Shown: in pieces, positions 38,906 through 46,013 of the stretch | Position numbering within the stretch: the first letter of the stretch is position 1 | Layout: every line of letters begins with the position of its first letter | Origin: Oscillospiraceae bacterium | GTDB lineage: Bacteria; Bacillota; Clostridia; Oscillospirales; CAG-272 | DNA length: 64,000 bases | Assembly (NCBI GenBank): GCA_015064415.1 | Contig: SVSG01000002.1 | Location: 76,246-140,245, forward strand | Direction: 5' to 3' | Program-made: the position numbers and the translations under genes | The notes under the pieces: model-generated | What the model was told of the DNA's origin: nothing | The model's input: the letters and a program-made list of their open reading frames with translations, nothing else | Database searches by the model: none

Positions 38906-41900
38906 ATGCGCAACGAAAAGGATGAAAACAAGACCCCTCGCGTGACACGTCACAGCGGAACGCAGGTGGGCGGCGAGACGCATCGCCCCACCCAAAGGCC
39001 GTACGCGTTTGAGCGCGAGGATGACAACGATCACGCAAACGAGTACACGCGCCCCGCGCGCGGACAAGCCGCGTCGGGTGCGGGAGCACCGCGACGCCCG
39101 CAAGCGGGTGAGGCGCAGCAAGGGGAGCCCTCCCGCCGCACACGCGAGACGGAGGCGGGGGAACAAAAGGCGCCCCATGCACAGCACAGGGGCACCGCCC
39201 CTGCGCGGGAGAACGGCTCTGCGGGAGCGTCGCGTGAGGGCAAGCAGAATTTGCCCGTCAAATCAAGATCAAATTTGCCGAAGTCAACGAAAAGCGGGGA
39301 GGCGCCGCGTCGCGGCGGAAATCCGGATCGCACGGTGCATCAGTTGTTCCCCTATATTCTGTTCTGCCTTTCGATCTTTGCCGCGGTCAGCTTTTTCCTG
39401 CGCGACGTGATCGGCATGAGCGACGGCGCGGGCGCGTTCGGCAGCTTTCTGGCTGATTTTCTCGGCGGCCTTTTCGGGCTGGTGTCTTACGCGGTGCCCG
39501 TTTTCTCGTTTTTGCTGGCTTTGCGCTGGCGCACCTACGTCAGACGCGGCCTGCTTGCCAAAAAGCTGTTTCTTTCCGCCTCTTTCGTGATCCTGCTTTC
39601 CGCCATCTTCCACGTGTTTCAGGAGAGTGCCTCCACACGTGCCATGGTGGACGTGGGTGCCGCTGAGCTTTATCACAACGGTGTGGCACACGTGGGGGGC
39701 GGCTTCTTCGGCGGCTTTGTCGGGGAATATCTGAGTTATATTTTCCGCCTGCCCGGCACGATCATTCTGGCGATCCCGCTTTTGCTGATCATTGGTATTT
39801 ACCTGATCGGCATGACGCCTGCGGGCATTGTATCCCGCATTGCCTGCAAGTGGCGCATGATGCAGGAAAAACGCGATGCGCGCCGCGCCGAAATGTATGA
39901 CGGCGTGGAGGAGCGCCCCCGCAAAAAGACCGAGCACGAGCAAAAGCCCACCCACGGTACGGCGGCACCGCAAACGCAAAATACGCTTGCGGTGGCAGGA
40001 TGGCGCGAGCCGCGCCCCCTGGAGAAGCGCGCTCTCGCACGCGGGCATTACACGTTTTCGGACGTGGAGGATGAGCCCATCCCCGCGCCCCGTACCGTAC
40101 GGGAGGAGCCGCCTCCTGCAGCACCCGCCCCCGTGGAGCCCGTGACGGAGATGCTGGTGGACGACGAGGATTTTTCCACGCCCACACCCGCCGAAGCGCC
40201 CGTGCCCCCTGTGGCACCGCAACCCGTGCAGGCGCCTGTGGCGCCCGCAGTAGATCCCGTTTCGCCGAGCGTTGAAAGCGATCCTTCGCCCGCACATAGC
40301 GAAGAGGAGGATCCCGCGCACAAGCAAGCGCGCGTGTACGCGCCCTTTGCCCTGCCGGTCCGTCCTTTCCCGGAGCCCGAACCCGTTTCTCACCCCGCAC
40401 CCGAGGCACATGAGGGCGCGACGGACGCGACCGTGAGTGAAGGCAAGCCGGAGGAAACGCGCAGCGAGCCGTATACCACCTTTACAAGACCGACTGCTTA
40501 TCCGCAGTCGCAACCCGTGCAGCCGCCCGTGCAACAGCAAGCAGAGGCATTCGAAGAGCCGTCGCAGGATGGCGAGGAGGTGCTGGGCTCCTTCGGACGG
40601 GGCGGCAATTCCACCCCTGCCCCGCAAAGAGTGACGCCCCCCGCATACACGCCCAATCGCGTGGAAAATCCCGCAGAGCGTTACGTGCACCGCGAAGTAC
40701 CCTTCTGCCACGTGCCCCTTGGCGATCCCGCGCCCGTGACGTCGGAGAGCGTACAAGAGTCCGCGCCGCTCCCGCAGGAGAGCTTTGCGGAGCCGAGCGT
40801 GCCGCAGGAGGCCCCTGAGGAGGCACTTGGCTTTGCACGAGAAGTGCCGCAGAGCACGGCACCCGCACACGAGACGCAGACGCCGCCCCCCGTACAATCT
40901 GTACAAGAGGAAGAAAAGTGTGACTTTGCGCCTGCTTCTTCGCCCGCTTCCGCATTTGTCCCCGTGATGCAGGAGGAGAGCGCGGAGCCCGAGGAGGAAG
41001 AGGAGATCGGCGTGCAGGATGACGAGGAGCTTTCCTATCGTCCCTCATACGGCGCAAGCTCCCGCACCGTGACCTTTGACCGCGAGCACATCGAGCCCCC
41101 TGTGACCCCTCACGCCCCTCCCGCGGCGCAGGAGCGCAACAGCGTTCCCGTGTATACCGAGCCCGTGGAGGCAGCTGCGCCCCCCGTGCCGCAACGGGTA
41201 TTCACACCGCAGCCCGTGCGCGCCACCGTTCCGAAGGCCGTGCCCGTCAAGAGCGAGCCGATCGCCGAGGAGCTTCCCCCGCAGGAGCCGATGCCCCCGC
41301 GCGAGTATACCAAGCCGACGCTGGATCTGCTCAATGAGGACAAGAACGTGCGCACGCAGGATTTCTATGAAGAAATTGAAGAGACCAAGGATATCCTGCG
41401 CCAGACGATGGCCAGCTTCAATATCAAAATTCAGGAGGAGATCAACTATTCTCACGGTCCCTCCGTCACGCGCTACGAAATGCGCCCCGTGGCGGGCACC
41501 AGCGTGCGCTCCGTCATCAACCGTACCGAGGATATTTCGCTGAATCTGGCCTCATCCGTCCGTATCGAGGCGCCCATCCCCGGCAAGCCCGCCATCGGCA
41601 TCGAGGTGCCGAACAAGGTGCGCGAGACCGTGTATATGCGCACGATGCTGGAGTCCGAGCAGTTCAAGAACTCCACCGACCCGTTGGACGTGCCCTTGGG
41701 GCTGGACGTTGGCGGCGGCGTGCGGATGTGCAACCTTGCCAAGATGCCCCACCTGCTGGTGGCGGGCACCACGGGCTCGGGTAAGTCGGTCTGTATCAAC
41801 TCGATTTTGGTGAGTCTGATCTACAAGACCTCGCCCGCCGATCTGCGCCTGATCCTGATCGACCCCAAGCAGATCGAATTTGCCCCCTACGAGCACGTGC

Positions 41901-42826
41901 CGCATCTGTATATGCCGATCGTGACCGACATGCAACGCGCCGCAGGCGCGCTGGCGTGTGCAGTGCAGGAGATGGAGCGCCGCTTCTCGCTGATCAGGGA
42001 CGTCGGCGTGCGCAATATCGAAGGGTATAACGAGGCCGTGAAGAACGACCCCGAGCGCGAGCACCTGCCCTATATCATCATCGTGATCGACGAGTTTGCC
42101 GATCTGAAGATGAGCTGTAACAACAACGACCCCGAAACCTTCACCTGCCGTATCGCACAGAAGGCGCGTGCCGCGGGCATGCACCTGATCATCGGTACGC
42201 AAAGACCCTCCGTGGATGTCATCACGGGTAAGCTCAAGACCAACATCCCCTCGCGTATCGCCTTTATGGTGAAGCAGCAGGTCGACTCGCGTACCATTCT
42301 GGACGTCAACGGCGCGGAGACGCTGACGGGGCGCGGCGATATGCTGTATATGCCCACCAACTCCACGGACAAGCAGCCCGTCCGTATTCAGGGCGCGTTC
42401 GTGTCTGACGGCGAGCTGGAGCGCGTGATCTCTTACGTGAAGCGCCACAACGATCCCGTGCAGTACAACAAAGCGTTCATGGATCAGATCGAGGTCGAAA
42501 TGGCCCGCTCTGCCAAGAATGACCGCAAGGGCGACGATATGGACTACGGTGACGAGGAGGAGGGCGGCGAGGATCCCAAGTTCGTTGAGGCCGTGGAGCT
42601 TGCCGTGCAATCCCAGAAGATCGCCACCTCGCTTCTGCAGCGCCGTCTTGGCGTGGGCTACGGCCGTGCCGCCAAGATCATCGACCGCATGGAGGAGCTG
42701 GGGCTTGTGAGCCCTGCCGAGGGCAACAAGTCGCGCAAGCTTTTGCCTGCGGCACAAGGATATCTGGATCATCTGGCGGGGGGAGAGTCCTACCCCGATG
42801 AGGATTACGGAGACGATTTCGCCTGA
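38906..42826 (+). CDS. ftsK: DNA translocase FtsK (long form: Arg-rich N-terminus, 4-5 TM, ~480-aa Pro/Glu/Ala-rich linker, alpha/beta motor, gamma wHTH)
   Basis: Walker A VAGTTGSGKS, Walker B IIVIDEFADL, GTQRPSVDVITG, gamma domain LLQRRLGVGYGRAAKIIDRMEELG. Confidence 0.9.
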   Translation: MRNEKDENKTPRVTRHSGTQVGGETHRPTQRPYAFEREDDNDHANEYTRPARGQAASGAGAPRRPQAGEAQQGEPSRRTRETEAGEQKAPHAQHRGTAPARENGSAGASREGKQNLPVKSRSNLPKSTKSGEAPRRGGNPDRTVHQLFPYILFCLSIFAAVSFFLRDVIGMSDGAGAFGSFLADFLGGLFGLVSYAVPVFSFLLALRWRTYVRRGLLAKKLFLSASFVILLSAIFHVFQESASTRAMVDVGAAELYHNGVAHVGGGFFGGFVGEYLSYIFRLPGTIILAIPLLLIIGIYLIGMTPAGIVSRIACKWRMMQEKRDARRAEMYDGVEERPRKKTEHEQKPTHGTAAPQTQNTLAVAGWREPRPLEKRALARGHYTFSDVEDEPIPAPRTVREEPPPAAPAPVEPVTEMLVDDEDFSTPTPAEAPVPPVAPQPVQAPVAPAVDPVSPSVESDPSPAHSEEEDPAHKQARVYAPFALPVRPFPEPEPVSHPAPEAHEGATDATVSEGKPEETRSEPYTTFTRPTAYPQSQPVQPPVQQQAEAFEEPSQDGEEVLGSFGRGGNSTPAPQRVTPPAYTPNRVENPAERYVHREVPFCHVPLGDPAPVTSESVQESAPLPQESFAEPSVPQEAPEEALGFAREVPQSTAPAHETQTPPPVQSVQEEEKCDFAPASSPASAFVPVMQEESAEPEEEEEIGVQDDEELSYRPSYGASSRTVTFDREHIEPPVTPHAPPAAQERNSVPVYTEPVEAAAPPVPQRVFTPQPVRATVPKAVPVKSEPIAEELPPQEPMPPREYTKPTLDLLNEDKNVRTQDFYEEIEETKDILRQTMASFNIKIQEEINYSHGPSVTRYEMRPVAGTSVRSVINRTEDISLNLASSVRIEAPIPGKPAIGIEVPNKVRETVYMRTMLESEQFKNSTDPLDVPLGLDVGGGVRMCNLAKMPHLLVAGTTGSGKSVCINSILVSLIYKTSPADLRLILIDPKQIEFAPYEHVPHLYMPIVTDMQRAAGALACAVQEMERRFSLIRDVGVRNIEGYNEAVKNDPEREHLPYIIIVIDEFADLKMSCNNNDPETFTCRIAQKARAAGMHLIIGTQRPSVDVITGKLKTNIPSRIAFMVKQQVDSRTILDVNGAETLTGRGDMLYMPTNSTDKQPVRIQGAFVSDGELERVISYVKRHNDPVQYNKAFMDQIEVEMARSAKNDRKGDDMDYGDEEEGGEDPKFVEAVELAVQSQKIATSLLQRRLGVGYGRAAKIIDRMEELGLVSPAEGNKSRKLLPAAQGYLDHLAGGESYPDEDYGDDFA

Positions 42827-42882
42827 TCGCAAACAAACGCCCCCGCAAAGGGGGCGTGAACCAAAATACAGGAGGTACGATT

Positions 42883-44511
42883 ATGATTGGAAAGCTGTTG
42901 GCCTTGCTGGCCGCGTTTGGCGCGGGTGTCGGCGGTACGCTGCTGACGCAAAAGGCAAGAAGGGCGCAGGCAAGCGCCCAAAAGGAGACGGATACCGAAC
43001 CGGAGCTGCTTGAGGACACGGAGGTGCCCGAAAAGGAAGCCGAGCCCCTTGCACAAACGGAGCCGGTGCAAAGCGAGGAGGAGCGCGTGAAGCAGATCCT
43101 GCTTGACACCCTCAAAAGCTTTGAGGTGGACGTGTGCGAGGAGGTCATCTGTCAGCGCGGCCCCACGGTGACGCGCTACATCTTCCGCCCGCAACCCGGT
43201 GTCAGCGCACGAAGCATTTTGGAGCTGGAGGGTGATTTTTCCCTGAACGTGCAGGCAAACGTGCGCGTTGAGTGCCCCATCCCCGGCAAGTGCGCCTTTG
43301 CCGTGGAGGTGCCGAACAAGGAGCGCAAGACCGTATACCTGAGCGAGCTTTTGAGATCTGAGCAGTTCCAAAGCGCCACGGGCGCACTGGAGGTGCCGCT
43401 GGGGCTGACTGCCGGCGGCGCACTGCAGACCTGCGACCTTGCCAAAATGCCGCACCTGCTGGTGGCGGGCACCACGGGCTCCGGCAAATCGGTGTGCATC
43501 CATACCATGCTGGTCAGTCTGATCACCAAATATTCCCCCGCAGACGTGCGCCTTGTGCTGATCGATCCGAAGCAGGTCGAGTTTTCCGCGTATGCCAAGC
43601 TGCCCCACCTGTACGTGCCGATCCTCACGGATGCGAAGCGTACCACGGCGGCTCTTGCTTGTCTGAGGGAAGAAATGGAGCGCCGCTTCTCACTGCTTCG
43701 CGAGGCCGGCGCGCGCAACGTCGCGAGCTACAACGAGGCCGTGAAGAACGATCCCGCGCGCGAGCGTCTGCCTTATATCGTGATCGTCATTGACGAGCTG
43801 GCCGATCTGATGCTTTGCGGCGGATCGGAGCTTGAAGGATATCTTTGCATGATCGCGCAAAAGGCGCGTGCGGCGGGATTGCATCTGATCGTCGGCACCC
43901 AGCGTCCGAGTGTGGACGTGATCACGGGTGTGCTGAAGGCCAACATCCCCTCGCGCATCGCGTGCGCGGTGCGCAGTGTAGAAGATTCGCTTGTTCTGCT
44001 GGATACCGAGGGCGCGCAGACGCTGGTGGGACGCGGTGATATGCTGTATCAGACAGTTGGCAACGGCGGACATCCCGTTCGCGTGCAGGGCGCTTTTGTG
44101 TCCGAGAGCGAGATCGAGCAAGCGGTTTCGGCGGCAAAGGGCCGCTACGGCGCCGTGCAATACAACAAGGCGTTTGTCGAGCAGATCGACGTCGAGATTG
44201 CGCGCATGATGCAAAGCGCATGCGAGCTTGAGGATGAGGAAACGGAAGAGAAGCAAGCGCGCGGGGAGGACGAAAAGTTCGAGGAGGCCGTGCGCCTGAT
44301 CGTAAGGGTGGGAAAAGCGTCCACCTCGCTTCTGCAGCGTCACCTTGGCGTGGGCTACGGCCGCGCCCTGCGCATGATCGACCGCATGGAGGAGCTGGGC
44401 TTTGTCACGCCGCGCGAGGGAAATACGGCGCGTGGGGTGTTGCCCGCTGCGCTGGCGTACGCAGAGGAGCTTGCCTCGACAGAAAGCACCACCGAGGACG
44501 AGCTTGTATAA
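42883..44511 (+). CDS. Second FtsK/SpoIIIE-family DNA translocase (short form, single N-terminal TM, short acidic linker)
   Basis: ATG 42883 after AGGAGG. IGKLLALLAAFGAGVGGTLL TM. Motor and gamma domains align with the upstream ftsK (VAGTTGSGKS, IVIDELADL, LLQRHLGVGYGRALRMIDRMEELG). Confidence 0.88.
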   Translation: MIGKLLALLAAFGAGVGGTLLTQKARRAQASAQKETDTEPELLEDTEVPEKEAEPLAQTEPVQSEEERVKQILLDTLKSFEVDVCEEVICQRGPTVTRYIFRPQPGVSARSILELEGDFSLNVQANVRVECPIPGKCAFAVEVPNKERKTVYLSELLRSEQFQSATGALEVPLGLTAGGALQTCDLAKMPHLLVAGTTGSGKSVCIHTMLVSLITKYSPADVRLVLIDPKQVEFSAYAKLPHLYVPILTDAKRTTAALACLREEMERRFSLLREAGARNVASYNEAVKNDPARERLPYIVIVIDELADLMLCGGSELEGYLCMIAQKARAAGLHLIVGTQRPSVDVITGVLKANIPSRIACAVRSVEDSLVLLDTEGAQTLVGRGDMLYQTVGNGGHPVRVQGAFVSESEIEQAVSAAKGRYGAVQYNKAFVEQIDVEIARMMQSACELEDEETEEKQARGEDEKFEEAVRLIVRVGKASTSLLQRHLGVGYGRALRMIDRMEELGFVTPREGNTARGVLPAALAYAEELASTESTTEDELV

Positions 44512-44514
44512 ATG

Positions 44515-44546
44515 CAAAAAAACACCCGAAGCTCGGGTGTTTTTTG
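44515..44546 (+). terminator. Rho-independent terminator (cassette A)
   Basis: A-run, ACACCCG / CGGGTGT stem, TTTTT. Confidence 0.8.
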
Positions 44547-44556
44547 CATTTATCCC

Positions 44557-44585
44557 TTGACCTTTTTCGCAAAATGCTTTATAAT
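44557..44585 (+). promoter_or_regulatory. Promoter of paralog P1 (cassette A)
   Basis: TTGACC 44557-44562, 17-nt spacer, TATAAT 44580-44585. Inverted repeat TTAAAGC-ata-GCTTTAA at 44590-44606. Confidence 0.6.
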
Positions 44586-44622
44586 GCCCTTAAAGCATAG
44601 CTTTAAAAAAGGAGAAATTGTC

Positions 44623-45921
44623 ATGAAAATCGGATTTGCACGCCTTGACGTCACGCCTCCCAAGGGGACGTGTATCGCCTCGCGCTATTTTTACTTTGTG
44701 CCCGCAGAAGGGTGTCTGGATGCGCTGGAGCTCAACGCGCTGGCCGCCTCGGACGGGGAGAACGTCGCCGTGATCATTGCCGCAGACTTCGGCGGTATGA
44801 CGCAAAAATACATGAATTTGTTCCGCGCTCGCGTCAGCGAGCGCACGGGCCTTCCCGTGGAGCAGATCTTCATCACCACGTTGCACCAGCACACCTCCAT
44901 CGTGGTGTCCGACCCCGCTGAGTCCGACACGCCGATGTGTGACCCCGTGGTCTTGGAATGGCTGTACCGCAAGTTCTGCGACGCGGCGGAGATCGCGATC
45001 GAGGATATGAGCGAGGCGACCATGCTGGTGGGGGCAGAGAAGACCGCTGAGCAGATCACCTTTATCCGTCGTAACGATAAGGTGGAGGATCCCACGGCGC
45101 CCGACGGACATCGCTTCGTGTCCTACGGCCCCGAGCCCGATCAGAACGTGTACGTGGCGCGCTTCGTGCGCGAGGGGAAGAAGGACGTGGCGCTGGTCAA
45201 CTTCGGTACGCACCCCGACGTGGTCAATGAAAAGTCCTTCTCAAACGACTGGCTGGGTGCCACCCGCCGCTTTGTGGAGGGGGATATGCCGCAGGTGCAT
45301 TGTATGCTGCTCAACGGCTTCCAGGGAGACGTCAATCATTTCAATTATTATACCGCGACCGCAGAGGAGCGCAAGCTGATGCGAGGTCATACGCATGCCG
45401 CCAAGATGGGGCGCGTGATCGCGGATACCGTGGAGAAGATGTGGGAAAATCTTGTGCCGTGTGATGCTCAGTTTGTGAAAACGCAGACCGATATGGTCTA
45501 TACCCGCACGCGCACGGATGGCATCGAGCGTTACGATGAGGCGAAGGCGTACTGCGAGGCATATAAGCTGGATCATCACGCCAAGGGGCCGATGGGGATC
45601 GCCGAGGCACAGCGCATTGTGGAGATCCGCGAGAGCGCGCCGATCTATCAGAAGATCCCCGTTTGCACCATTGAGCTCGGCGGTCTTTTGATCGCGGGCA
45701 TCGGCGCGGAGCCCTTTACCAAATACGGCTACGCCATCCGCGCGCTGGCGGGGGACAAGGCGCTTGTCATGACGGCGTGCCTGATGAATGGGTACGAGTG
45801 CTATATGCCGCACACCGACGATTTCCAAAAGCGGGATTACGCCGTGACGCGCAGCCGCTTTACCCCCGCCCTTTTTGGTGAGACGATGGCGGCCTTTGAA
45901 GGGATGCTGCAAAATAAGTGA
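44623..45921 (+). CDS. Ceramidase-like putative metallo-amidohydrolase, paralog P1 (most divergent copy)
   Basis: ATG 44623 after AAGGAG. MKIGFARLDVTPP, LHQHTS, THPD, QGDVNH, AEPFT, NGYECYMP. Lacks the GGYE motif (RDYA instead). The track N-terminal extension runs through the terminator/promoter. Confidence 0.85.
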   Translation: MKIGFARLDVTPPKGTCIASRYFYFVPAEGCLDALELNALAASDGENVAVIIAADFGGMTQKYMNLFRARVSERTGLPVEQIFITTLHQHTSIVVSDPAESDTPMCDPVVLEWLYRKFCDAAEIAIEDMSEATMLVGAEKTAEQITFIRRNDKVEDPTAPDGHRFVSYGPEPDQNVYVARFVREGKKDVALVNFGTHPDVVNEKSFSNDWLGATRRFVEGDMPQVHCMLLNGFQGDVNHFNYYTATAEERKLMRGHTHAAKMGRVIADTVEKMWENLVPCDAQFVKTQTDMVYTRTRTDGIERYDEAKAYCEAYKLDHHAKGPMGIAEAQRIVEIRESAPIYQKIPVCTIELGGLLIAGIGAEPFTKYGYAIRALAGDKALVMTACLMNGYECYMPHTDDFQKRDYAVTRSRFTPALFGETMAAFEGMLQNK

Positions 45922-45973
45922 TGCTTAAAGAATGCTTTTTGCGTGAAAAAGGACATTAATCTGCTTTTTTTTG

Positions 45974-45982
45974 TGGTATAAT
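45974..45982 (+). promoter_or_regulatory. Extended -10 element (TGgTATAAT) ahead of the MBL lipoprotein gene
   Basis: TGGTATAAT 45974-45982. No good -35 hexamer. GGAGG 8 nt before ATG 46014. Confidence 0.45.
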
Positions 45983-46013
45983 GAAGGCAATCATATCAAG
46001 GGAGGATATCTCA

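Noticed and set aside
39284-41057. Minus-strand ORFs of 540, 206 and 191 aa inside the ftsK linker region
   Set aside because: They lie antisense to Pro/Glu/Ala-rich, GC-rich coding sequence. The translations are Arg/Gly/Cys-rich nonsense. No independent signals were found.
42837-42857. Hairpin ACGCCCCC-gcaaa-GGGGGCGT between the two ftsK genes as a terminator
   Set aside because: No T-run follows (next bases are GAACCAAAA). It is more likely an intercistronic stabiliser or partial pause. It is kept only as a note in the FtsK finding.
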